DNA from: Planctomycetota bacterium
GTDB lineage: Bacteria > Planctomycetota > Brocadiia > Brocadiales > Bathyanammoxibiaceae
NCBI GenBank assembly: GCA_023261505.1
Contig: JAHFOV010000001.1
Coordinates: 9,191-73,190, forward strand
Length of the DNA stretch: 64,000 bases
Direction: 5' to 3'
In this document: positions 44,122 through 51,802 of the stretch, one piece after another
Layout of the letters: the number at the start of each line of letters is the position of its first letter
How positions within the stretch are numbered: position 1 is the stretch's first letter
Program-made: the position numbers and the translations under genes
The notes under the pieces: model-generated
The model's input: only the letters and a program-made list of their open reading frames with translations
What the model was told of the DNA's origin: nothing
Database searches by the model: none

Positions 44122-45300
44122 ATGGAATACTTGAATATTGTTGTTATTGCACTTGTGGTAGGGCTCTTCTTCTATCTGATTTTTACACAGCGGCGGGGGC
44201 AAAAGGGGCAGGATTTGCTCCTCCTTCAACAGCATGTCAATGATCTGAGAGAGCAGGCTGGGAAGGACATGTCCCAGCTTTCAAATATGATACTCAGAGA
44301 AAACGCGGCCCTGGGCTCCAGAGTGGATAACGCAACTGGTACTCTTACTCAGGTACAGGGTCAGCTGCAACAGCAGATGGACAGCCTTAGACAGCAGACC
44401 TCCAGTAACCTAAACCAGCTAACTGAACAACTCAATCAGCGTCTGCAGGGTCACCAGGACGTCCTCGGCCAGCACGCCAACATTGTAAAAGAGGTGCATG
44501 GAAAACTGGAGGGACTCTTTCAGGCCACACAGGGAGTCATGGAGCTGAAACGGGACATCGTTTCTTTGCAGGAAACCTTTAAGGCTCCCCAATACCGAGG
44601 CGGAGTAGGAGAGATGCTACTGGAGAAACTTCTCAAGGATGCCCTTCCTCAAGACCTCTGGGAATTACAGCGCCCCTTCAACGACGGCAACAGAGTCGAT
44701 GCTGTAATAAAGATGGAGGGTAAGTTAGTGCCCATAGATTCAAAGTTTCCACTGGATAACTTTAAGAAGCTCATTACCGCGAAGGACGATGCCGAAAGGA
44801 AGGGGGCAAGAAGGGCATTTTTATCCGATGTGAAAAGGAAAATAGACGATATAGCTGAAAAGTATATACGGCCAGACGAAGGTACCTATGATTATGCATT
44901 CATGTATATACCTGCTGAAGGCGTATACAGTGAGATTTTGGCCCTGGACAGCGCTACAGAAATAGGCCTGCTAGATTATGCCTGGAAGAAAAAAGTTTTC
45001 CCTGTTTCACCCAATACCTTTTGGGCGCATCTACAAGCTATCCATTTCGGACTCAAGGCCCTCCAGATAGAGGAAAGGGCTGAAGAAGTTATAGAAGGCC
45101 TTCAAAGCCTAAAAATAGATTTTGGTAAATTCAGGGATGATTTTGAGACCCTCGGCAAACACCTTAGAAATTCCGTCCAGAGACACGACGACGCCCGAAA
45201 AGACCTGGAGAGATTCAGCAACTGCCTAGACAGAATAGAATCGCTGGGTGGGGAATCAGAAGCTAAGGCGGTTGAAACGCCCCAAAAAGAACTTTTCTAA
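44122..45300 (+). CDS. rmuC: DNA recombination protein RmuC
   Basis: An N-terminal TM and a Q-rich coiled coil are followed by the RmuC core VDAVIKMEGKLVPIDSKFPLDNF and YAFMYIPAEGVY. Confidence 0.88.
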   Translation: MEYLNIVVIALVVGLFFYLIFTQRRGQKGQDLLLLQQHVNDLREQAGKDMSQLSNMILRENAALGSRVDNATGTLTQVQGQLQQQMDSLRQQTSSNLNQLTEQLNQRLQGHQDVLGQHANIVKEVHGKLEGLFQATQGVMELKRDIVSLQETFKAPQYRGGVGEMLLEKLLKDALPQDLWELQRPFNDGNRVDAVIKMEGKLVPIDSKFPLDNFKKLITAKDDAERKGARRAFLSDVKRKIDDIAEKYIRPDEGTYDYAFMYIPAEGVYSEILALDSATEIGLLDYAWKKKVFPVSPNTFWAHLQAIHFGLKALQIEERAEEVIEGLQSLKIDFGKFRDDFETLGKHLRNSVQRHDDARKDLERFSNCLDRIESLGGESEAKAVETPQKELF

Positions 45301-45382
45301 TCCTTAGCGCTCTTTGAGCATGTATACGACCTACCTTTGGCTTGGCCTACAATTTCGAATTAAAAATTTAATTTAAACTTTA

Positions 45383-45430
45383 CCACCCCATTCCCCTCCT
45401 TACAAAGGAGGGGATAAAGGGGAGGTGAAA
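45383..45430. repeat. G/C-tract hairpin element (CCCCTCC..GGAGGGG)
   Basis: ccaccccattcccctccttacaaaggaggggataaaggggaggtgaaat. Confidence 0.7.
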
Positions 45431-45540
45431 TAGAATTTTTAATGTGTAAGTCGTCTTTAAGTCTTTGATTTTGCAAAGAAAGGAAATAAAATATGGAAAA
45501 TCTTTTTTGTAAAAACAAATTCTACTTCGGGTAGAAATCT

Positions 45541-46563
45541 ATGGCAATTCTAGTGGGGGTGGATGAAGCGGGTTATGGTCCTATCCTTGGGCCACTTGTG
45601 ATAACTGCGGTGGTATTTGAAGTAAAGGACCATGAGGTAGATGGCAATCTTTGGCAGATATTAAAGGGGGCGGTAATCCCCCTAAATCCCCCTTTAATTA
45701 AGGGGGACTTAAGGGGGATTATAGGCAGAGAGAGAGGTCTCCAACGGCCACTCGCTGTGGCTGATAGTAAACGCCTTTACTCCTCAAGTAGAGGACTGCG
45801 GCGTCTGGAGGAGGGCGTTCTGGCCTTCCAGGGATGCATTGAGAATATAGAAAACCTACGCAAGCTCCTGGATGCGCTTTACTGTTACGACGAAAGCCAG
45901 TCCGCCTTAGGCGGATTATATCCATGGTATCATAATATGCAATTAGGCCTGCCCTTAACTGCCCCCCCGGAAGAGGTCGCCCGATACCGTCAACTCCTGC
46001 AAGGAGTTTTAGCTTCACGAGGGGTAAAATTCCTGGGGTCAAGGGCGGTAGTTATATCTCCCTTTGAATTTAATAAAGCAGTAGAAGCTTGTGGCAACAA
46101 AGCCTTGCTCCTTTTTGATAACTGTGCTAAGCTGATTAAAGATTTATGGGTAGAGTATCCCCAACTGGAAGTCCTTTGTGATAAGCATGGAGGTCGCAGC
46201 CGGTACGCCGCCTTGCTCTCCAGGGCTTTTGGCAGGTGTACAATTAGATTCCTTTTGGAGGGACCCGAAGTCTCCTCTTATGAACTTAAAGACGGGTGGG
46301 AGGGCCACTCCCAACTGAGGCTAAAGGTCTCCTTCATCCCAAAGGCGGAAGACAAGCACCTCCCTGTTGCTCTGGCCTCCATGTACAGCAAATATGTAAG
46401 GGAACTATTTTTGAGGCTTTTTAATAATTACTGGCAGGAGAAACTGCCGGGCCTCAAGGCTACGGCTGGCTACCCAAAGGATGCCAGGCGTTTTCTCAAG
46501 GATATTGACAGGTTGAAGGCCTCACTTAGAATAAAAGACGATATATTAATAAGGAACCGATAA
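45541..46563 (+). CDS. Atypically long RNase HII-like (type 2 RNase H fold) protein
   Basis: VGVDEAGYGPILGPLV (DEAG.GP), AVADSKRLY (DSK.L) and a C-terminal VALASMYSKYVRE resemble RNase HII motifs. It is 340 aa, against about 200 for typical RNase HII. Confidence 0.5.
   Translation: MAILVGVDEAGYGPILGPLVITAVVFEVKDHEVDGNLWQILKGAVIPLNPPLIKGDLRGIIGRERGLQRPLAVADSKRLYSSSRGLRRLEEGVLAFQGCIENIENLRKLLDALYCYDESQSALGGLYPWYHNMQLGLPLTAPPEEVARYRQLLQGVLASRGVKFLGSRAVVISPFEFNKAVEACGNKALLLFDNCAKLIKDLWVEYPQLEVLCDKHGGRSRYAALLSRAFGRCTIRFLLEGPEVSSYELKDGWEGHSQLRLKVSFIPKAEDKHLPVALASMYSKYVRELFLRLFNNYWQEKLPGLKATAGYPKDARRFLKDIDRLKASLRIKDDILIRNR
45676..45720. repeat. G/C-tract hairpin element in frame inside the RNase HII-like gene
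   Basis: atccccctaaatccccctttaattaagggggacttaagggggatt encodes IPLNPPLIKGDLRGI. It lies between the DEAG and DSK motifs. Confidence 0.75.
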
Positions 46564-46566
46564 ACT

Positions 46567-46642
46567 GTCATTGCGAGGGGCGGAGCCCCGAAGCAATCTC
46601 ATTCCGCCTATAATGAGATTGCTTCGCTTTGCTCGCAATGAC
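46567..46642. repeat. Family-1 palindromic element, compact 76-bp copy
   Basis: GTCATTGCGAGGGGCGGAGCCCCGAAGCAATCTCATT...AATGAGATTGCTTCGCTTTGCTCGCAATGAC is a near-perfect palindrome. Confidence 0.9.
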
Positions 46643-46663
46643 CATACTGAGAAAGGAGTGGAA

Positions 46664-47686
46664 ATGGCAGTTAATGTGGCAATAGTGGGGGCGACAGGGG
46701 CAGTGGGTGCAGAGATGCTGCGTATCCTGGAGGAGAGAAATTTTCCAGTCAAGAGCCTTCACCTCCTGGCTTCTAAGCGTTCTGCCGGAAAGACCTTATT
46801 TTTTAAAGGAGAAGCGGTTAAGGTGGAGGAGCTGACCCCTGAGTCTTTTAAAGGCGTAGAGATAGCCCTCTTTAGTGCTGGGGCATCGGTCTCTAAGGTT
46901 TTCGCGCCTCACTGCGTGCGGGCAGGGGCAGTGGCCGTAGATAACACAAGCGCCTTCAGGATGGACGAGGGCGTACCCCTGGTAGTGCCAGAGGTTAACC
47001 CGGAAGAAATACCTAAACATAAAGGAATTATCGCCAACCCTAACTGTTCTACCGTACAGATGGTTCTTGTCCTGAAGCCCATCCACGATGTGGCCAGGGT
47101 AAAGAGGGTAGTGGTCTCTACCTATCAGGCTGTATCCGGCGCGGGCTGGGAGGCCATAATGGAACTGGAGGAGGAGACAGAGGCTGTCATTAACGAAAGA
47201 GGATACAAGAGGAAGATTTTCCCTCATCAGATTGCCTTTAACTGTATCCCCCAGATACCCCAATCTGACGCCTTTTTACCAAATGGCTACACCTCCGAAG
47301 AGATGAAGATGATAAATGAGACCAAAAAGATTATGGGCGACCAGTCTATAAGGGTTACAGCCACTACTGTCAGGGTTCCTGTAGTGAGGGGACACAGCGA
47401 ATCAGTGAATATAGAGACAGAGAGGAAAGTAACTGCAAAGGAGGCAAGGGAGATACTTTCGAGGTTCCCAGGGGTGGTAGTCTATGACGACCCACATAAG
47501 CAACTCTACCCCCTCGCCACCCTGGCCGCCGGACGGGACGAGACCTTTGTTGGGCGGATACGGGAGGACTTGTCCATAGAGAACGGGCTAAACCTCTGGA
47601 TAGTTAGCGACAACCTCCGCAAGGGCGCCGCCCTGAACGCAGTGCAGATTGCGGAAAAGCTGGTGCAATTACGGGTACATGTTTGA
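46664..47686 (+). CDS. asd: Aspartate-semialdehyde dehydrogenase
   Basis: The start MAVNVAIVGATGAVG follows GAAAGGAG. The active-site context is IANPNCSTVQM. The upstream 31 codons of the ORF track are repeat-encoded. Confidence 0.95.
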   Translation: MAVNVAIVGATGAVGAEMLRILEERNFPVKSLHLLASKRSAGKTLFFKGEAVKVEELTPESFKGVEIALFSAGASVSKVFAPHCVRAGAVAVDNTSAFRMDEGVPLVVPEVNPEEIPKHKGIIANPNCSTVQMVLVLKPIHDVARVKRVVVSTYQAVSGAGWEAIMELEEETEAVINERGYKRKIFPHQIAFNCIPQIPQSDAFLPNGYTSEEMKMINETKKIMGDQSIRVTATTVRVPVVRGHSESVNIETERKVTAKEAREILSRFPGVVVYDDPHKQLYPLATLAAGRDETFVGRIREDLSIENGLNLWIVSDNLRKGAALNAVQIAEKLVQLRVHV

Positions 47687-47709
47687 TGCCAAATTTCAAA
47701 GTGAAAAAT

Positions 47710-47767
47710 GTAGCGTGCGACCGCGCGTCGCACGAGAGGAAACGTGCCAGACAAGCTGGCACGCTAC
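47710..47767. repeat. Family-2 double-hairpin element, copy 1
   Basis: gtagcgtgcgaccgcgcgtcgcacgagaggaaacgtgccagacaagctggcacgctac has terminal inverted repeats GTAGCGTGC/GCACGCTAC. Confidence 0.9.
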
Positions 47768-47807
47768 ACCAAAGAGTAAAACAAGCTGGTCTTAAGGAAG
47801 GAAAGCA

Positions 47808-48023
47808 ATGATAAAGTATCCTATTGTCGTTGAGAAAGCCAATGGCAATTACTCCGCCTATTGCCCTGATTTGCCTGGGTGTGTGGCTACAGGCTCCACT
47901 GTGGATGAAACAATAATCAAGATGAAAGATGCAATAGAACTTCATATCCAGGGTCTTAAAGAAGACGGTCTTCCTATACCAAAGCATTCTACAGCGGTTG
48001 TCTATATAGAAGTCACTGTATAA
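47808..48023 (+). CDS. HicB/UPF0150-like antitoxin-fold protein (orphan)
   Basis: MIKYPIVVEKANGNYSAYCPDLPGCVATGSTVDETIIKMKDAIELHIQGLKEDGLPIP. AAGGAAGG SD. No HicA is adjacent. Confidence 0.8.
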   Translation: MIKYPIVVEKANGNYSAYCPDLPGCVATGSTVDETIIKMKDAIELHIQGLKEDGLPIPKHSTAVVYIEVTV

Positions 48024-48172
48024 ACAGTAAACAGTTTTTATAGTATTAGGAGTTATTACCACTCTACGGGTGCAAATCCTATCACATTTTGCTAGCTTCC
48101 AGGTGTAACAACAGGCTTCTTGGACGGAACAAAGGAAAAACGTCTGCAAGGACCTGCATTGGAGTCCTAAAA

Positions 48173-48466
48173 ATGAAATTTAGTGAAATGCTTCCCATAC
48201 CAGCACAGGTTGCAAATAAAAATAGTCAAGTAGCAAGAATTTTTCAACTTTTATCAATAGGGATTGGCATGTCAACTGGACAAAAATTAGAAGTCACGGT
48301 AGATGGAACTGTTAAGACTCTTATAAGAGAAGGTGAGGATAGTTTTATCCTAGAGGGACGTCATAGACCCATGTTTGGCACTTCGAAAGATTATATAAAA
48401 TTAAACACAAGCTGGTTTCAACACATCGAGGTTAGCAGAATAAACGTCGTATATGCGCAACATTAA
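48173..48466 (+). CDS. Hypothetical 97-aa protein
   Basis: The ATG has GGAG 8 nt upstream. The gene is AT-rich and overlaps the truA start by 14 nt. I recognise no family. Confidence 0.4.
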   Translation: MKFSEMLPIPAQVANKNSQVARIFQLLSIGIGMSTGQKLEVTVDGTVKTLIREGEDSFILEGRHRPMFGTSKDYIKLNTSWFQHIEVSRINVVYAQH

Positions 48467-49370
48467 GTTGGTAATTGAATACGATGGTACCAATTTCTCT
48501 GGCTGGCAGGAACAAAGGGGTAGCGTGCGACCTTGCGTCGCACGAGAGGAAACGTGCCAGACAAGCTGGCACGCTACAGCTCCTGACCCGAATAAAGAGC
48601 TTGGCAGGTCAGTCCGCATTGGGCGGATGCCTCTACACGGAGCAGCAGGCCCTGTCCCTACTGTCCAGGCATACCTGAGAGAGGCCGTTCACAAGGTTGC
48701 AGGGGAATGGGTGGCAATATATGGGGCCTCCAGGACTGATGCAGGGGTGCACGCCCTGGGCCAGGTGGCCAACTTTAAGACCTCTTCCAAACTGCCCGTG
48801 GAGAGGTTTGTTCCAGCCCTTAATTATTACCTGCCCAGAGAGATTGTTGTTCGTTGCGCAGAGGAAGTAACCGCTGAGTTCCATGCCCAGTACAGTGCCA
48901 GGAGCAAGGTCTACCGTTACACCATCCTGAACGACCCAATAGCTAAGGCCATAAATAGAAACCTTTATTATCACTTCCCCTGGCCTATAAATTTGGAGAG
49001 TATGAGAGAGGCCGCCAGGGGCCTGTTAGGGAAACACAGCTTCAAGGCCTTCTGCGTGGAGGCAAGTAGTAAAGCGAATACCATCCGCACCATAAAATCC
49101 TTTGAAATTATAAAAGAGGATCTTCCCGCCGCATGCGGGTCAGGCAGGTATTTATACCTTGTTGTGGAGGCTGATGGCTTCCTGTACAAGATGATAAGAG
49201 GTATAGTGGGGACACTGCTCCTGGTGGGTAGTGGAAAGATGGGTATTGCAGAATTCAAGAGAGTGGTGGAGTCAAGAGACCGTTGCCTAGCAGGTTCGAC
49301 CGCCCCCGCTAAGGGTCTATGCCTTTTAAAGGTCAACTATGAAGAGGACGGCGCATGGCGTGGAAAGTAG
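48453..49370 (+). CDS. truA: tRNA pseudouridine(38-40) synthase TruA with ~43-aa in-frame insertion
   Basis: IEYDGTNFSGWQEQ, GASRTDAGVHALGQVANF and FLYKMIRGIVG are present. There are 48 aa between WQEQ and TVQ, where TruA proteins normally have about 4-6. Confidence 0.9.
   Translation: MRNIKLVIEYDGTNFSGWQEQRGSVRPCVAREETCQTSWHATAPDPNKELGRSVRIGRMPLHGAAGPVPTVQAYLREAVHKVAGEWVAIYGASRTDAGVHALGQVANFKTSSKLPVERFVPALNYYLPREIVVRCAEEVTAEFHAQYSARSKVYRYTILNDPIAKAINRNLYYHFPWPINLESMREAARGLLGKHSFKAFCVEASSKANTIRTIKSFEIIKEDLPAACGSGRYLYLVVEADGFLYKMIRGIVGTLLLVGSGKMGIAEFKRVVESRDRCLAGSTAPAKGLCLLKVNYEEDGAWRGK
48520..48577. repeat. Family-2 double-hairpin element, copy 2, inside truA
   Basis: It differs from copy 1 at 2 loop positions only. 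It is translated as SVRPCVAREETCQTSWHAT. Confidence 0.9.
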
Positions 49371-49948
49371 GCAGTAGGGAGTATGCAGTAGGCAGTAAAA
49401 AGTACATTACACCTAACTGCTTAGTGCTTACTGCTTACTGTCTACTGCAATTGGTCGGTTGTTCCGGCGAGACTAATATCTCAAACCTTTATCATTACCG
49501 TTTCTCGTTGATGCAGCCACCCACAGGCACCCTTGATTTTGAGGACGATGCCTTACGTTTCACCTTTCGGCCCAGCAAAGAGCGGATTGACATAACTGTG
49601 GCAAACAAGGGGCAAAAACCTGTGGAGCTTGATTGGGATAAGGTGGAGTTTGAGGACAGATATGATGCAGTTCACAAGGTAACTGCCCCGGATGCAAAGT
49701 CTGAGGAAAAAGATAAGCCGAAGGTTACCATTATTGAGCCCGGCAAAAGGCTTGAAACCTGGATGATACCTGTTGATTATGTGAAGCGCTCCATTGGACA
49801 CTGGAAGACTAAACCCCTCTTTCCAGAACTGAAGACCGGCTTTGATGTGGACAATTGGGACCGTACTACCTTTAAGCTTCTCATGCCCCTCAAGGTAGGA
49901 GAAGAAAAAAAGGATTATAAATTTGGATTCAGGGTGAGAATAGATTAG
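49355..49948 (+). CDS. Putative lipoprotein, unknown function
   Basis: The lipobox is LVGC, with Cys at residue 36. The n-region is KK and the h-region is LVLTAYCLLQ. The start overlaps the truA end. Confidence 0.6.
   Translation: MAWKVGSREYAVGSKKYITPNCLVLTAYCLLQLVGCSGETNISNLYHYRFSLMQPPTGTLDFEDDALRFTFRPSKERIDITVANKGQKPVELDWDKVEFEDRYDAVHKVTAPDAKSEEKDKPKVTIIEPGKRLETWMIPVDYVKRSIGHWKTKPLFPELKTGFDVDNWDRTTFKLLMPLKVGEEKKDYKFGFRVRID
49367..49448. repeat. AGTAGGCAGTA-type stutter palindrome spanning truA stop and lipoprotein N-terminus
   Basis: agtaggcagtagggagtatgcagtaggcagta faces tgcttagtgcttactgcttactgtctactgc. Confidence 0.8.
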
Positions 49949-49953
49949 TGGAT

Positions 49954-50037
49954 GTAGCGTGCGACCTTGTGTCGCACGAGACCATTAGAAGTGCTCAGGA
50001 TAACTTAGAAAACGTGCCAGACAAGCTGGCACGCTAC
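49954..50037. repeat. Family-2 element, copy 3, with ~27-nt internal insertion
   Basis: gtagcgtgcgaccttgtgtcgcacgag + accattagaagtgctcaggataacttag + aaaacgtgccagacaagctggcacgctac. Confidence 0.85.
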
Positions 50038-50099
50038 ACTCTTGAAAATACAGATTGAAAATGTTAGGAAATATGGGTTTAATGCTTTTGTGACCAAAT

Positions 50100-50175
50100 G
50101 GGCGCTTGGCTCAGAGGCTAGAGCACTTGCTTCACAAGCAAGGGGTCGGTGGTTCGAGTCCACCAGCGCCCACCA
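50100..50175 (+). tRNA. tRNA-Val (anticodon CAC), CCA encoded
   Basis: A manual cloverleaf fits. The acceptor is GGGCGCT/AGCGCCC, the D arm is GCTC-AGAGGCTA-GAGC and the anticodon arm is CTTGC-TTCACAA-GCAAG. The T arm is GGTGG-TTCGAGT-CCACC, followed by ACCA. Total length is 76 nt. Confidence 0.93.
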
Positions 50176-50275
50176 TTTGTGGACAAATAAAAACGTCTCC
50201 AAAACGAGAGAAAGTTTGGTTTGTAAAAGAAACGCTTCACTATGGAAGGAAACATCTAAGCCTAAATAATTTGTT

Positions 50276-50410
50276 GTGGATGAAAAAGGTAAACGAACTG
50301 CCGTCAAGTTGAGTATCAAAAAGTATGATGAGTTGCTAGAAGGTTTAAATGACCTAAAGACCGTGCTCCACAATAAAGGAGAAGAACGCTATCCCCTTGG
50401 AAAAGGCTAA
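50276..50410 (+). pseudogene. N-terminally truncated Phd/RelB-like antitoxin remnant
   Basis: (V)DEKGKRTAVKLSIKKYDELLEGLNDLKTVL resembles antitoxin cores. A stop lies immediately upstream, leaving only 44 codons. Confidence 0.45.
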
Positions 50411-50419
50411 GGTAAAAAA

Positions 50420-50618
50420 GTGGCTTTTTATAAAATCATTATTAAACCCAGTGCTGTTAGAGATGTAAGAGGTATAGACAGGTACATGATACAAAAGGTT
50501 ATCGGGGCTATCGACAGTCTCGCCAGTAATCTTAGAAGTTAAGAAGAAACCTTCTTGGAATGGAAAAGGCGTAACCCTAAAAAAGAGAATATACTTCATT
50601 ATCCCACCTAACACCTGA
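50420..50618 (+). pseudogene. RelE/ParE-like toxin remnant (frameshifted, internally deleted)
   Basis: (V)AFYKIIIKPSAVRDVRGIDRYMIQKVIGAIDSLASNLRS* is followed by toxin-like pieces in other frames (KKLLGMEKA; KRIYFII). Confidence 0.4.
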
Positions 50619-50627
50619 ACATTACAA

Positions 50628-51354
50628 ATGGTAATGGAAGAGCCACGCAAACATGACCCTGTTGTAGCTGCACTTTTCATCGTAGATATACTGTCGCGTG
50701 CAAACCGAAAAGGCAAATTAACTGAGAAAGAGTTAGAAGAATTTAACGTTTTTTGGAAAGAAATTTGTCTTTCGGACTTGGATTGGCTATCTCGATTATT
50801 TAAAAGAAAAGGGTATTATTAAAGTTGATAGCCACTCAGACGGATATCAAGAATCTTACGATATACAAATCAATGCCACTGAGGCCAGGGATTTTCTTTG
50901 TAATAACCTTCCGTATATAGGACAAAAGATTGAGAAGCTAGATTCTGAAATTTCACAGCTGAAAGCCAAAATTTCACGGCTGGAGGCACAGCAAAAGCTG
51001 TTGCTAACATTTAACCCAGATGCACTTTTAACTCAAATTACGCAGACCAACAGAATAATTCATGATATTAAAAAGGAGGTTGAAACTAATGAGATGCTTT
51101 CTCCGTTAAGAAAGCCTCTAGAAGAGATGCAGGATTACGTCAGTCGGACAGAAATAGTGACCAATGTTTATTCTGATATATATCTACAGATAATTAAGCC
51201 CATTCAAATGGCAAGTCAAGCTGGCGTGAGAGCTACTGCTAAATGGGCAATTATTAGTATTGTTCTTGCAACTACAATTTCAATTATAGTTACGAATTGG
51301 AACTCTGTTTTCCACCTTTTAGAGGAAATGTCTAAAAAAATCATTATTAAGTAA
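50628..51354 (+). pseudogene. Hypothetical gene apparently split by a frameshift (T6 tract 50749-50754)
   Basis: ORF 50628..50822 and the frame of ORF 51001..51354 are both open over 50737-50822. The downstream frame has 88 upstream codons without a canonical start (..GYLDYLKEKGIIKVDSH..coiled coil..). Deleting one T joins the two frames. Confidence 0.35.
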
Positions 51355-51469
51355 AATACTCCAAACACCCCAAAATAAATAAGGGTCATAGAGAGATTCA
51401 TTCTCCATAACCCTAGCAAAACTAAACACTTGACACCCAATAGGAAAAGTAGTAACTGCACCAATAGAA

Positions 51470-51511
51470 TTCACAAGAAAGGGGTTGGTGTTTCAAGTCC
51501 ACCGACGCCCA
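51470..51511. repeat. Degenerate direct repeat of tRNA-Val 3' half (putative distal att)
   Basis: It aligns with 50131-50172 from the anticodon loop to the acceptor 3' strand with a handful of mismatches. Confidence 0.7.
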
Positions 51512-51565
51512 TTCACTCTTGATATTTGTTTAGCTTTAGGTTATGTTCATAAAAAGTGCAATTAC

Positions 51566-51802
51566 ATGCATGCATACTTCTACCAAATAGTAATAGTAAA
51601 AGAAGGCAAAAAATACTAGTCTTACATCCCAGACTTTCCTGGAGTCTATGGCTTAGGCAAAACACCAATTCAGGCAAAAAGGGATATCAAACAAGCCCTA
51701 ACACTTTATATTGAAGACGTACTGGCTGAGGGAGAGCCTGTGCCAGAATCAACAGCAGAGGTAGGGAGCATTGATTCTCTTAAAATCCTGCTTAAGAATT
51801 AA
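51566..51802 (+). pseudogene. hicB-like antitoxin gene with in-frame TAG
   Basis: MHAYFYQIVIVKEGKKY*SYIPDFPGVYGLGKTPIQAKRDIKQALTLYIEDVLAEGEPVPE. Confidence 0.6.

Larger units (their letters stand above)
50176..51511. mobile_element. Decayed islet integrated at tRNA-Val (bounded by a degenerate copy of the tRNA 3' half)
   Basis: The tRNA 3' half (ttcacaagcaaggggtcggtggttcgagtccaccagcgccca) recurs as ttcacaagaaaggggttggtgtttcaagtccaccgacgccca at 51470-51511. The cargo is broken TA and hypothetical genes. Confidence 0.6.

Noticed and set aside
46571-46663. 31-codon N-terminal extension of asd in the ORF track (MRGAEPRSNLIPPIMRLLRFARNDHTEKGVE).
   Set aside because: It is the translation of the Family-1 palindrome. 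The canonical Asd N-terminus MAVNVAIVGATG starts at 46664 with its own GAAAGGAG SD.
50005-50373. ORFs 50005..50373(-), 50042..50269(+) and 50106..50312(+).
   Set aside because: They overlap the tRNA-Val gene and a Family-2 repeat. They have no coding features.
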